DNA of 53,725 nt, taken from a virus. Lineage: Duplodnaviria > Caudoviricetes. A program made the position numbers and the translations under genes. The notes under the pieces were generated by a model. That model saw only the letters and a list, made by a program, of their open reading frames with translations, was not told where the DNA came from and ran no database searches. Below, one piece after another: positions 37,862 to 48,979 of the stretch (position 1 is the first letter of the stretch; each line of letters starts with the position of its first letter). The stretch covers positions 1-53,725 of IMG/VR virus record IMGVR_UViG_3300037845_000029, one strand, 5' to 3'.

Positions 37862-39312
37862 CGGACGAATCCGAAACTCGCCTTCCAGCCCAGAACCTCG
37901 ACGCCGAGCGTGGCGTGCTGGGGGCGTGCCTCCTCGACCACGAGCGCATCGACGACGTAGCAACCGTGCTACGCGTCGAGGATTTTTACCTGCCGCCGCA
38001 CGGGTTCATCTTCCAGGCGATGCTCGAAATGTCGCGTGACAACAAGCGGCCGGACCCAACGCTGTTGGCAAACTACCTCAAGAAAAAGGGGCAGCTTTCG
38101 GAACTGGCTGACGTTCACGAAGTCGCCGACGCCGGTGAAAAGAACATCGCCGGCCGGCTGTTCCTCGACGAGCTTTCGCAGTGCGTGCCGACGGCGCACA
38201 ACGCGGTATGGTACGCGAAGCTCGTGGCCGAGGCGTCCCAGATGCGGCGGCTTGAGATGGCCGGGTACGAGATCGTGCGGGTGTCGCGGTTCGACGACAT
38301 GGAACCGGCCGAGCGGTTGGCCAAGGCCGAGTCTGAAATCTTTCGGGTGGGCGAGCTTCACGCTGGCAAGGAAGCGAAGCATGTCGGCGACGTGTTGTCG
38401 GCGGCGGTGGCGTCGATCGAAGCGCGTCAGGACCGCGAGGGCCTATCCGGTCTTTCGACTGGATACGCCGACGTCGACAAACTGACGGGCGGCTTGAAGA
38501 ACGGCGAACTGGTGATCTTGGCCGGCAAGCCCGGCATGGGAAAATCGGCCTACGCGACGAACGTTGCTCATCGCACGACGATGATCGGCGACATCAAGGC
38601 GTCGGTCCTTTTTGTATCACTCGAAATGAGCGAAGGGGAGCTTGGCGAGCGGCTGCTCTGCACGCACGGCCGCATTGACGGGCACAAGTGCCGCAACGGA
38701 TTCCTGGGCGAGATGGAGCGTGTAAAGATCCGCGAGGCCAACAACGCGCTTGCTGGGGCGAAGCTCTACATCGACGCCACGCCTGGTCGGTCGATGCCGG
38801 AAATCTCGTCGCTCTGCCGGCGGCACAAGCGGCGGCATGGGCTCGACCTGGTGATCGTCGATTACCTGCAAATCATCGCGGCCGAGGACCGCCGAGCGCC
38901 GCGCGAACAGCAGGTTGCAGCGATCGCGCAACGGCTTAAGAACATGGCGCGAGAACTCGACCGACCCGTGCTCTGCCTCGCGCAGTTGAACCGGCAGACC
39001 GACGCGGCCCGCGGCAACCGGCCGACGTTGACGCACCTCAGAGAATCTGGTGCGATCGAGCAGGAGGCTGATCAAGTCTGGTTCGTCCATCGCGACGACT
39101 ATTTTTTGCCGGCGGGCGAAGAAAGAGAAAGGGTCAAGGGCACTGCCGAGCTGATCGTGGCCAAGAACCGCAACGGCCCGACAGGTGAGGCGAATCTCGT
39201 TTGGCTTGACTACTGCACGCGGTTCGAGTCGATGTGCAAGAACGAGCGCACGTATGACGAAAGCGATTGGCCGAAGCATGAAGAACCAGGAGGCAACTGG
39301 TGGGAACGCTGA
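37858..39312 (+). CDS. dnaB: Replicative DNA helicase DnaB
   Basis: PAQNLDAERGVLG, Walker A AGKPGMGKS, SLEM, IVDYLQ, LAQLNR, LRESGAIEQEAD and KNRNG. Confidence 0.95.
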   Translation: MTDESETRLPAQNLDAERGVLGACLLDHERIDDVATVLRVEDFYLPPHGFIFQAMLEMSRDNKRPDPTLLANYLKKKGQLSELADVHEVADAGEKNIAGRLFLDELSQCVPTAHNAVWYAKLVAEASQMRRLEMAGYEIVRVSRFDDMEPAERLAKAESEIFRVGELHAGKEAKHVGDVLSAAVASIEARQDREGLSGLSTGYADVDKLTGGLKNGELVILAGKPGMGKSAYATNVAHRTTMIGDIKASVLFVSLEMSEGELGERLLCTHGRIDGHKCRNGFLGEMERVKIREANNALAGAKLYIDATPGRSMPEISSLCRRHKRRHGLDLVIVDYLQIIAAEDRRAPREQQVAAIAQRLKNMARELDRPVLCLAQLNRQTDAARGNRPTLTHLRESGAIEQEADQVWFVHRDDYFLPAGEERERVKGTAELIVAKNRNGPTGEANLVWLDYCTRFESMCKNERTYDESDWPKHEEPGGNWWER

Positions 39313-39490
39313 CCGACGACGACCGCGACAACATCGAAGCCTGGAAGCAGGCCGTGAAGCTCCGCGACTACTGGGCGCGGGTCGAAGCCGGCGAGGAAAA
39401 CGCGAAGGACGAGCAACGCCTGATGGCTGCGACGATCATGGCGGCGATCGAGTTGTTTCACGACCGGGGGCTGGACAAGGAACTGCTGGC

Positions 39491-40084
39491 ATGAACACTG
39501 CTGAGAAGCATCCACTCGAAACGAGCGTGCGCCGTGTGAACACGTCGGGCTACGAAGAACCGTCGCGCCTGCTGCGGTCGTGGTGGGCCGTCAAGCGGTT
39601 TCTGCGCGAGGATGTACCGGGCGGCCGGCCGGTTCACGACGCATGGATTCGGTTTCGAGATTTCACATGGTGCCGATGGACGACGATCAAGCCACGAACG
39701 GTCGGCCATGAGTTTCACAACTACGGCGACTTGATCGCGCCGTTGGCGTTCGAGTGCCTTTGCCGCTACATGGAGGACGACGGCGGAAATGAGACCGAGT
39801 TAGGATCGTTCGACTACGCCGATCCAGACGACGACCCGGTGGCCGAGCTTCGCGACCATTACCATTGGTGGACCACGGTTTACCAGAAAGCCGAGAACGA
39901 CCTGTGGAAAATCGAAGTGGCCACGCCGAAGAGCGCAACGGCAATTTTTGACGAGGACGACCCACTGACGGCACCGTATCGCGCAGCGCTCGAAAAGTGT
40001 CGCAAAGATGAAGAGGCGCTGCACGCCGAGTTGATTCGCCGGACGCATCGACTCATCGAACTTTCGGGTTTCATGTGGAGTTGA
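39491..40084 (+). CDS. Hypothetical protein
   Basis: ATGA coupling at 39491. Confidence 0.6.
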   Translation: MNTAEKHPLETSVRRVNTSGYEEPSRLLRSWWAVKRFLREDVPGGRPVHDAWIRFRDFTWCRWTTIKPRTVGHEFHNYGDLIAPLAFECLCRYMEDDGGNETELGSFDYADPDDDPVAELRDHYHWWTTVYQKAENDLWKIEVATPKSATAIFDEDDPLTAPYRAALEKCRKDEEALHAELIRRTHRLIELSGFMWS

Positions 40085-40507
40085 ATGAAATGATGGGAAA
40101 CCACGGACTTCGCGGCTACAAGCTCTGCAAGGAATGCGGCCAGCCGCTCTTGAAGAAGGGCCAGAAGCGGAAGCACAAGGACGACTACCGGCATGCGAGG
40201 GGATGCCCGGCGGCGTCGAAGCGCGAGCACGACGCGACCGAAAGGTTCTGGGCGGAATACGACGCCGCCAAGTGAGGGAGACGACGATGGCTGCAACGAC
40301 CGAATGCGTTACGCCCTGGCACGCTCGCGCGGTTGAGCTTGAGCCGAGCGGGGGGCCATATTGCGAGTTCGCCGCCTGGCATGAATGGATGGAGGAACAC
40401 GTCGGGGAGTTCCGCGAGTGCTGGGAGTCAATCGACTTGATTGACCGGGTGTTTTTGTTTTCGCTGTTTGAAAAAGCGGCCGAGCCTTCGACCGTGGGAG
40501 CGACGAA

Positions 40508-41107
40508 ATGAAAATCACCAATCCCAAAGCCGTGGCCGCGCTACAGAAGATCGCTGACGAAGCGAAATCAACCGGCAGCCAGCGCTACGCCCTTTCAGGC
40601 GTGCGTCTGCGGCGCACAGACGAGGCCAGCGCAGCGGCGACCGATGGCCGAATTCTGGCGATCATGCAATGGCCGCACGACGAGCAGCCAGGAGATTCGT
40701 TCGAGCGCATCGTGGACCTGAGCAAAATCGGACCCGACCCGCGACCCGTCGAACTCAGCGAGACGCCGGACGCGGCTGGATTCCTGCGCGTCTCGCCGGT
40801 AGACAAACGTCCCGACGCGCCATTCAAGGGCGAGTACAGCGTCGGACCTGTCGTTGAAGGCCGTTTCCCGCAAGTCGAAGTCTGCGTACCGGACTACGGC
40901 GCGCGCAACGCGGTCAGCATTTCGGTCGACCCGGCATTGCTCGCTAGACTCTTGACCGTGGCTGCCGAGACGACAATCGATGCGCGGCGCGGCGTGCGGT
41001 TGACGATCCCGCGCGACCCGACGAAGCCGATTCGGATTGACAACGAGCACGACGGGCTGACGTTTGTGGGAATCATCATGCCGATGAGCGACGGAGACGC
41101 GACATGA
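40508..41107 (+). CDS. DNA polymerase III beta-clamp-like protein (short)
   Basis: RYALSGV, ATDGRILA, EGRFP and C-terminal GIIMPM, matching DnaN middle and C-terminal motifs. Confidence 0.7.
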   Translation: MKITNPKAVAALQKIADEAKSTGSQRYALSGVRLRRTDEASAAATDGRILAIMQWPHDEQPGDSFERIVDLSKIGPDPRPVELSETPDAAGFLRVSPVDKRPDAPFKGEYSVGPVVEGRFPQVEVCVPDYGARNAVSISVDPALLARLLTVAAETTIDARRGVRLTIPRDPTKPIRIDNEHDGLTFVGIIMPMSDGDAT

Positions 41108-41787
41108 CCGACGAACGACTCGCGGAGATCGAGATAGGCGTCATACGGAAGCGGCACGGTTCAATCGTGATGACCAAAGAGGACTTCGACGAGTTGACGT
41201 GTGCGATCCTTCGCCAGCGCCGCGAGATCGAGTTGCTGCGGGCGGTGGTCAAGACGACGGCCGAGCGCGAGGCGATGGAGGAACGCTGGTCAAATCATCC
41301 AGAGCCACTTTGTACCGAGGAGCAAATGACGAACGCTGGCTACGCTTGGGAAGCAGCCGTCGCGGCCCTGGAAGCGTTCGACGCGGAGAACTGATGCTCA
41401 ACTTGAAGCTTTGGAATCCGAAGGACATGCGAGGACGGCCGAACGGCAACAAGCGCCGTAAGGACATCCCGCGTTGCCGATGCGGCTGCGGTCGGATCGC
41501 TCGCTGGCCACTCGAAAGCAACGAACCGGTTTTTTACACGCGGCTGTGCGGCTACAAGATGGCCTTGAAAATCGTCCGTGATCTAGAGTTGGAGCAGGCA
41601 TGAGCACACTGTGTAACTTCGCCGTCGCGCCGGACCGGAAGCTGCGCCGCGTCTGCCCCGGCTGCAAGCGCCGGCAGACTGCCAGGTTCCGCGAGTGCTA
41701 CGATGGGTATTATCTGTTTTTTCCGTGTGGAACGTTCATTGACCAGGAACGGGAATTCACGCGCGGCAAGGAGTGCAAGAGGCGAAG

Positions 41788-42321
41788 ATGAGTACCCAGC
41801 AGACACTTTCCATCGACGAAGTGCGGAAATTGGCCAAGAAGCCACGCAAGGCGAAGGACCTCAGTCACGGCAAGGCCAAGCGGCACGAATTGAAGATTCC
41901 AGCCGAAGCGCACATCACGCGCGAAGAAGGCGTCGTCTGGGCTGTGCTGCCGTGGCCGCCCAGCGACAACGGGCTTTTGCAGTACACGGCCAAGATGATT
42001 CGTGGCAAGCTTCGCGTGTTTGACTACGCTTCACCGGACAAAAAACAGTACACGAAGGTAATCGCGAAGCTGGCGAAAGGCTCGGACTGCACGCCGCTCA
42101 AAGGCGAGTTATGGTTTGACGCCACCCTTTATCGACCACGGAAGATCGGCGACGTGTACCGATTGAAACTTTTGCTCGACACTTTGCAGGGCGTGGCGTA
42201 TGACGACGATAAGCAAATCCGCAAGCTGACAATCGAACGACGCGACGACAAGGCGAACCCAAGAGTCGAAATCGTCGTGCGGACGGTCGAACCGGAGGGG
42301 CTGCTGGGAAGCGAGACATGA
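41788..42321 (+). CDS. rusA: RusA-family Holliday junction resolvase
   Basis: LPWPPSDN...D...K...DTLQG.AYDDDKQI...PRVEI. Confidence 0.8.
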   Translation: MSTQQTLSIDEVRKLAKKPRKAKDLSHGKAKRHELKIPAEAHITREEGVVWAVLPWPPSDNGLLQYTAKMIRGKLRVFDYASPDKKQYTKVIAKLAKGSDCTPLKGELWFDATLYRPRKIGDVYRLKLLLDTLQGVAYDDDKQIRKLTIERRDDKANPRVEIVVRTVEPEGLLGSET

Positions 42322-45004
42322 ATTACCTCGAACGACGCGAAGAAGATCGGAGACGACGCGAATCGCAATCGCCAAACGACGAAGGAATCTGCGAGCCGTG
42401 CGGCCACGCTGCTGATGCCCTTGAATACGCCGTGCTGGTCAAGCATCCCGGATTCGTTGATCGGTTCATCAAGGACGATGTTCCCCCGCAGAACATCGAC
42501 ATGAACATCTCGTGGTATGCCATGTTGTACGATGAGCCGAACATTTTGCGTTTCAGGCGCAGGGAGTCGGCGGAGCATTGCAAGAGGCGATACGAACTGC
42601 ATTTTGCGGCCCGGCAAGAGCCGCAGTATTCGTTCGCGCTGATGAAGCTCATCACGATCACCAAATGGGTCCCCGACCAAGAGGTGATTCCATGACACGC
42701 GGCTATCGGTGTGACAACTGCCATCGGTTCACGGAAGCGCTGCACTGGATTTTCGATTGCATTTGGTGCGGCAAGGAAATTTGCGAATCGTGCATGCACG
42801 GGGACGCAGCGTGCAAAGAATGCGCAAAAGGCAAAAGCAATTCCGAACTTGCGACGAAGTTCGAGGAGTCGTGCAAATGAAACTCGGCACCGTCAAACGT
42901 CTGGGATACGACGACAAGGGCTACGAGCGCAGGGAGCGACTCGACGCGATCGCCGAGTGCCCGAAGTGCGGCGCGGAAATCGAATGCTGGGCCGACACCG
43001 AGGAATGGACCAGGGACTACGACATATCCGACCCGACCGTGCCAGCAAAGGGCTACTGGATTCACTCACAGTATGGCGGCGCTCAGGGCGTGTGCGAGGC
43101 GTGCAGGATTCTGATTGCGGACTGTTTGAGCGACGGGTTTCGATGCTTCAACTTGCGGGAGGACGCGACATGACGCGGGCCCAGCGCAGACTGACCGACC
43201 TGATGCGTGCCGGCAATGAACTTTGGTGGTTCGGTGACCACGGCCCGCAACTCGACGGGCTCGACGACGGCGTGTACTGGCCGCAAAGGCGGACGGTCCG
43301 CGCATTGCTGCGTGCTGGCGTCCTCCGCTGGTGCGACTACCTGAATCAGACGCAGAGAGAGTGCGGGATCTGCCGGATCGAAATGACGGAGGCGACGACA
43401 TGAAGATTGGCTTTAACGAGGCAACGCTGATCGCTGGGTCGTGGTATGACATGGGCCGAGCCAAGGCCGCAGCGGAGAAGCCGAAGGAACGAGCCTACTA
43501 CGTGCATTTAGACCACGGTCGCCCGACTTGGGTTCGAGTTGACATGCCGTGGGATGATCCGGCACCAGGCTGTGAATGGATTACGGTCGTCGAACTCCGC
43601 GACGACGAGAAGATCGTGGGGCCGAAAGAGTGGCACAGGATGGCACGCGCGGCAACCGAGGCAGAGGGACAGGTCGATCCCGATATTCGCGACGCAGCGC
43701 TGCAATGTGCCCGCTGCATCGGCGGCGAAGAAAGCGTTGCCCAACGGCTATTGAATTCGGCGACGTTCTATCGCGAGAATCGCTACATGTTCCAGTTGCA
43801 AGTTTCCGCGACCGAGATTGGCCTGATGGACGGCTGGCATTCGGGCGGTACGTTGGGCGTCGAGCTTGACGCCGCGCGCCGGCAAATCGCAGAGTTGAAA
43901 GCGGAACTTTCCGAATTCGAGCGAGAGGATCGTTGCGGCATCGAACTGGCTGCGGAACATCGCGACAAACGGGAAACCGCCGAGAACCGCGTCAAGGAAC
44001 TGGAAGCGACGTGCGCGGCAATGCGAGAGGCATTTGACCACTGTGAGAAGAGCGTTGACCGCAACAATGTCTTTGTGCAACATTCGAGCAAAACCCACTT
44101 CGCTGTTGTCGGATGTAGATGGGAAAAGTTGAAAGAGGCAATGAAAACCGACGCTGAACTCATCGAGGAAATGGAGGAGAAAGGCGTGCTCGGCCGCCCC
44201 GTGCCCAGAGTGGAAGATACCCACTCCACTCGGCCTCCGGCTAGCTCGGCAGGCGCGGATGGGCCGCAACCACCGGATGAACTCGTCGACACCGGCACGG
44301 CGTTCCAGTCGAAGCGCCGCTGGATTTGCCCGGAGTGCAAGGCCCGCAACGAAGGCCCAGCAGACGAGCCAGGTTCGTGGTCCTGTTTCAAGTGCGGTTA
44401 TCGCCAGCCGGGGCCAGCGTCGAAAGCGGGACTACCGCCAGTCTCATCGACATCGACACGAAGCGATGGAGGGATGGACGATGGGATTTAACTCAACGCT
44501 TTTCGTGCTCAACGACCGGCTGCACGACATCGCCGAGTACAAGAACCTCGGCGAGCAGTTGCGGTATATCCTCGGCGGTTGCCCGCGGCCAGGTCAAAAG
44601 ATTTGCGACGGCATGACCGTCGTCGAGTGCCACCACGCGGATTACACGGCCATCATCGCTGCTGGCGGAAACTGCGCGAGTCTACTGGGCACGCTCTGCG
44701 ATGCGCACCACCACACGCCGGAAGCCCGCGTTAATGTGCTACGCGACCTTGCCGACGCAATGGGGTTCGACCTTGTGGCCAAGCCGAAGCGACGGAGGCG
44801 AGCATGACACTCACTCCCGAAGAAGCCCTCGACCGCGAGCGCGCGGCGAACCGCAAGCTGCTCATGGCGATCAACTCGTACCAGGTGCTTTTCGACCAGC
44901 GCGGCGCTCGTGAGTTGTCGGCGGCCAGAATGTGGCTCGTGCGCCGCTCGGAAGTGCTCGACCGCGAGGCCCAGCGCCAACACGAAGCGGAGGCAAAACC
45001 ATGA
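42318..45004 (+). other. Run of coupled hypothetical ORFs (42318-42695, 42692-42880, 42877-43173, 43170-43403, 43400-44491, 44481-44807, 44804-45004)
   Basis: Mostly ATGA overlaps; several zinc-ribbon motifs. Confidence 0.6.
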
Positions 45005-45273
45005 ACCTCGACCGCCAGAAATACGCCAGGTTCGCCGAGTTGGTGGAACCGCCGCCGGCAGTCGGCACCTTCAAGCCCGTGGGCGTCGTGCCGGAGCCAG
45101 CGCCGACGGACCCAGGCAAATCGCATGGAGTGCTCACCCAGCGAGATGTTGCGGCCATGCTCGGAATAACCCAAGCCGCCGTAAACAACGCAGAGCAGCG
45201 GGCCCTGCGCAAGCTGCGGGCCGATCCTGTCTTGAGGCAGTTGGCCGTGGACTTGGGGGTTATTGCCGCATGA
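45001..45273 (+). CDS. Sigma70 region 4-like HTH protein
   Basis: LTQRDVAAMLGITQAAVNNAEQRALRKLR. Confidence 0.7.
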   Translation: MNLDRQKYARFAELVEPPPAVGTFKPVGVVPEPAPTDPGKSHGVLTQRDVAAMLGITQAAVNNAEQRALRKLRADPVLRQLAVDLGVIAA

Positions 45274-46088
45274 CGCCAACCTGGGAAAGCGACGGCGTGA
45301 AGCTGTACCACGGCGATGCGCGCGAAGTCTTGCCGAAGTTCGCCGGCTCGTCCATCGACCTGCTGCTGACCGATCCGCCCTACGGCCACAACAACAACAA
45401 TGGCGACCTGATTCACCGCTGGGAAGCCGCCCTCGGTCGGCTTCCCTGCGGTTCGGATTCACCGCTGGTTTCTCGACCAATCGCCAACGACGGCAAAGAA
45501 GCGAACCCGCTGATTCGTTGGATGTTCGGCGAGGCGGCGCGCGTTCTTGCGCCTGGCGCTTGCTGCTGCTGCTGCTGCTGCGGCGGCGGCGGCCCAGACC
45601 CACAGTTTGCGCGCTGGTCACTTTGGCTCGACGAAGCGCTCGATTTCAAGCAAATGGTCGTTTGGGACAAAGGACCAATGGGCATGGGTTGGCACTATCG
45701 ACGCAGCTACGAAACGGTGCTTGTCGCGCAAAAGCCTGGCGCGGCGTGTCGTTGGTTTGACGAAACAGATTCGGTCGAGAACATCATCCGGCACATCCCG
45801 AAGATCATCCCGCAAGCCGACGATCACCCGACGGTCAAGCCCGTGCGGCTCATGGCGCACTTCATCGGCTTGCACACGCGGCCCTGTGACTTGGTGCTCG
45901 ACCCGTTCATGGGCTCGGCCACAACGGCGGTCGCGGCCTTGCGCGGAGGCCGGAGATTCCTTGGCGTCGAGTGCGACCAAGGGCATTTTGACCACGCCGT
46001 GCGCCGCATCGAAGCCGAACTTTCACGGCAACCGCTCTGGGAACCGCGTCCGGTCATCCAGCGCAGCTTCACGGAGACCGAAGCATGA
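45270..46088 (+). CDS. Beta-class N4/N6 DNA methyltransferase
   Basis: LYHGDA, TDPPY, HPTVKP and VLDPFMGSATT. Confidence 0.92.
   Translation: MTPTWESDGVKLYHGDAREVLPKFAGSSIDLLLTDPPYGHNNNNGDLIHRWEAALGRLPCGSDSPLVSRPIANDGKEANPLIRWMFGEAARVLAPGACCCCCCCGGGGPDPQFARWSLWLDEALDFKQMVVWDKGPMGMGWHYRRSYETVLVAQKPGAACRWFDETDSVENIIRHIPKIIPQADDHPTVKPVRLMAHFIGLHTRPCDLVLDPFMGSATTAVAALRGGRRFLGVECDQGHFDHAVRRIEAELSRQPLWEPRPVIQRSFTETEA
45561..45593 (+). repeat. (TGC)7(GGC)4 in-frame microsatellite
   Basis: Encodes CCCCCCCGGGG within the methyltransferase. Confidence 0.9.
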
Positions 46089-46356
46089 CCGCCCTCATCG
46101 CCCTTCACCCCTGCTGCGGCGGAATAGCCGGCGTGTGCCTGCCCCAGCCGGGCACCGACGAGCCAGTGAAGAACTGGCGTGCGTACCACGAAGAGCGCGG
46201 CGAGAAAATCGAGGAGGCCGAGTACGAAAGTTTGGTCGCGACGAAAAGATTTGGGTGCCATTGCAATCAAAAGGCAGCGCGGTAAAATAAACGAGCCGCA
46301 TCGGTCGATCAGAACCGAGGCGGCTCTTGGCACGAAAACCTTGTTGGAGGTTTTGC

Positions 46357-47334
46357 ATGACCGCGATCAACTCTAGCACATCCCTGCGCCTTGCTCTACG
46401 GCGCAAAAAGACCGTGAAGATCGGGGAGCCGTTTGACAGACTCACGGTTATTGGGCTTCCGTTTTACCTCAATGGAAAAATCTGCGTCGTCTGTAAATGC
46501 GCCTGCGGAAAAATACACCTTGCGAAGCAGGCGTACTTGAGGTTGAGGCAATGCCGGTCGTGCGGATGTCTCAGGATTAAGTCTAGTACGAAGCATGGGT
46601 TGGCAGGCACGGCACTTCATGGGATTTGGCAAGGGATCAAAAGGCGATGCTACGGAAAAGAAGATACGGCGTACCCAAGGTACGGCGGTCGCGGAATCAT
46701 CATGGACGCGGCTTGGCGTAGTGATTTCGTGACGTTTGCCGATTGGTGCATGTCTCATGGGTACGCCCCCGGTCTCGAAATCGACCGCATTGACACAAAT
46801 GGCCACTACTCGCCTGAAAATTGTCGGTTCGCAACGAGAGCGCAGAACGCGCAGAACATTCGCAAGAAAAAACACGCCGTTCATTCTAAGTACAAGGGCG
46901 TCGGAAAAACGGGTGGCCGACACAACGGCGTCCGCTGGCGTAAATCTTATTGGCGCGCAAGGATCATGGCGTTCGGTGTCGATCACACGCTCGGCTATTT
47001 TAAGACCGAACTTGAGGCAGCTATCGCGTTTGACAAAGCAGCCGTTAAGCTTCACCGCAACTTTGCCGTGCTGAATTTTCCAGAGAACCTACAAGCCTAT
47101 CTTGACTCGCCGGCATCTGTTCGCGTGAAACTTACGTTCGATGAACTCGCGGCGTTCGCAAACTCGCAGCGGGGTTTAACGCTTGAGCGCTGCGACCCGC
47201 AATCGCATAACAGGTTTTGTTTGACCGGGCAATTTCCTGGGCAGCGCCATTCATCTCGTAGGTTCCGAACCTTGAAAGATGTAGCTGTGATATTGCAGTT
47301 CGAGCAGCACCACTGCGCAAGGAAGGCCGAATGA
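46357..47334 (+). CDS. HNH-AP2 homing endonuclease
   Basis: CKCACG, IWQGIKRRC, YGGRGI, IDRID...Y.PENCRFAT and AP2 WRARI...LGYF...AA.AFD.AA...LNFP. Lower GC than its flanks. Confidence 0.85.
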   Translation: MTAINSSTSLRLALRRKKTVKIGEPFDRLTVIGLPFYLNGKICVVCKCACGKIHLAKQAYLRLRQCRSCGCLRIKSSTKHGLAGTALHGIWQGIKRRCYGKEDTAYPRYGGRGIIMDAAWRSDFVTFADWCMSHGYAPGLEIDRIDTNGHYSPENCRFATRAQNAQNIRKKKHAVHSKYKGVGKTGGRHNGVRWRKSYWRARIMAFGVDHTLGYFKTELEAAIAFDKAAVKLHRNFAVLNFPENLQAYLDSPASVRVKLTFDELAAFANSQRGLTLERCDPQSHNRFCLTGQFPGQRHSSRRFRTLKDVAVILQFEQHHCARKAE

Positions 47335-47759
47335 GCATCCACCTTCTTCCGCCCGGCATCGCGTGCATCATCAACGGCGAGGTCGTCACCGTCGAAGAAG
47401 CCCGGCGCAACCGCCGTGAGTCTCAAGCCGAGCACCTTCGCCGAAAGTTGGCCGTAGAACGCGAGACGCACGCCTGGAAGCTCTGGGTGGCCTACTTCGA
47501 CCAAAGGCTCATGGGCGGCTGGCAAGCGTTCCTTGAGCGACAGGGCGAACGGGTGTGGATCGACCGCGACAGGAAGTGGCTGATGGAGCCGCTGATGAAG
47601 TTGTTCCCGACAGGCGCGCTGTTCGATGACTGGCACGATTGGAAACGGGTGTTCGCCAAACGGTTCGAGCGACGACGGCAAGACCGGAGACCGCTGGGCG
47701 TTGCGTTCGTTTGGTGGGACGGCTGCAACGAAAATCCGACGCTCGAAAAATCTGCTTGA
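47331..47759 (+). CDS. Hypothetical protein
   Basis: ATGA coupling; 142 aa, Trp-rich. Confidence 0.6.
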   Translation: MSIHLLPPGIACIINGEVVTVEEARRNRRESQAEHLRRKLAVERETHAWKLWVAYFDQRLMGGWQAFLERQGERVWIDRDRKWLMEPLMKLFPTGALFDDWHDWKRVFAKRFERRRQDRRPLGVAFVWWDGCNENPTLEKSA

Positions 47760-47784
47760 CGCCGTTTGTCACACCTGTTACAAT
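47756..47784 (+). promoter_or_regulatory. Sigma70-type promoter, leaderless transcript
   Basis: TTGACG-17-TACAAT with ATG at 47791. Confidence 0.7.
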
Positions 47785-47790
47785 CCCGCG

Positions 47791-47979
47791 ATGTGCTTGA
47801 CCGACGTGCTGCAAAAGCTGGCCGACGATGGATTGCCGCTGACGAAACGGCAAATCCGCTACGCGATCAAGGCCGGGCACGTCTCGCGGCCCAGGCTCAA
47901 CGGCAGCCGCGCGTTCGACTTCACGGCGGCGGATGTCGGCGAGCTGCGAAGGCACTTCAAGCGGAAGGCGAAACGATGA
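47791..47979 (+). CDS. Small MerR/excisionase-like DNA-binding protein
   Basis: LTKRQIRYAIKAG...P...SRAFDFTAADVGELRRHF. Confidence 0.6.
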   Translation: MCLTDVLQKLADDGLPLTKRQIRYAIKAGHVSRPRLNGSRAFDFTAADVGELRRHFKRKAKR

Positions 47980-48938
47980 CCGATTTTGAAAAATACGTTG
48001 CGGCCTGCACTTATCCCGGCGTACTCGACGAGCGAGCGGTTGACCGGCATCTTCGCGAGTACCTTTCCGCGATAGGTGTCGAGCGAAAGGTCATTCGGCT
48101 GAATCGTGGATGGTCGGTCGACGATCATCCTGAGCTACGCGGCTACGTCAATGCTATTCTGGACGATTTTGCGACGCGCGCCGCCCTCGACGCCCGCGAC
48201 GCCCGCGACGCCCGCGCCGCCCTCGACGCCCTCGACGCCCGCGACGCCCGCGACGCCCGCGCCGCCCTCGACGCCCTCGACGCCCTCGACGCCCGCGCCC
48301 GATTCTGCTCATGGTGCATCCATCGAAGCAACTGGTACTATTCGTTCGACTTGTCATGGATCGCGACGACGCAATTCGGTGCCGCCCAGCTTGGTAGGCG
48401 GATACCCTGGGCGCGACCAATCTTCGACGCATTTTTAGCGGGAGTTTGGTTTCTGCACTGGACCGAAGGCGCATTGTTTTGGGTCTCAAAACCGACGATA
48501 CGACTTGAGACAATCGGCGGCACTCGACGCCCGCACTGCGAAAGCGGCCCAGCGTTGGAATCGGATATCGAGCCGCTATACTTTTGGCATGGTGTGCTCG
48601 TCGATTCATACGTGGTCACAGAACCATCGCGCATCACGACGGAGGAAATCCGAAGTGAGACGAGCGAAGAAGTCCGCCGCGTGTTGATCGAACGCTTTGG
48701 CTGGGAGCGTTGGCTCCAAGAGGAAAAGGCAAAAATCCAGCACATGAGATTCAACGAGCGGGACGGGCAGTGGGAGCGGCTGTATCGACTCGACGACGGG
48801 CAGCAGCGCGTCGTATTGACGGACCCTTCGACGGGACGCCGTTATGCACTTGGCTGCCCAGCGGAGATAGCGACGTGCGAAGAAGCACAAAACTTTTTTT
48901 CACACGGCCTTGACAAGTTGGCCATTCACCGCAGCTGA
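47976..48938 (+). CDS. DUF6745-like phage protein with low-complexity insert
   Basis: HCESGPAL...LYFWHGV.V...I..E...EVRRVLIERFGWERW...DPSTGRRY.L..P. Confidence 0.7.
   Translation: MTDFEKYVAACTYPGVLDERAVDRHLREYLSAIGVERKVIRLNRGWSVDDHPELRGYVNAILDDFATRAALDARDARDARAALDALDARDARDARAALDALDALDARARFCSWCIHRSNWYYSFDLSWIATTQFGAAQLGRRIPWARPIFDAFLAGVWFLHWTEGALFWVSKPTIRLETIGGTRRPHCESGPALESDIEPLYFWHGVLVDSYVVTEPSRITTEEIRSETSEEVRRVLIERFGWERWLQEEKAKIQHMRFNERDGQWERLYRLDDGQQRVVLTDPSTGRRYALGCPAEIATCEEAQNFFSHGLDKLAIHRS
48178..48300 (+). repeat. 9-bp-unit tandem repeat (GCC-CTC/CGC-GAC/GCC)
   Basis: Encodes AALDARDARDARAALDALDARDARDARAALDALDALDARAR. Confidence 0.9.
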
Positions 48939-48979
48939 GCATGAAAATTCCACTTTGTCAAAGACAGGAGTTACTGCAA

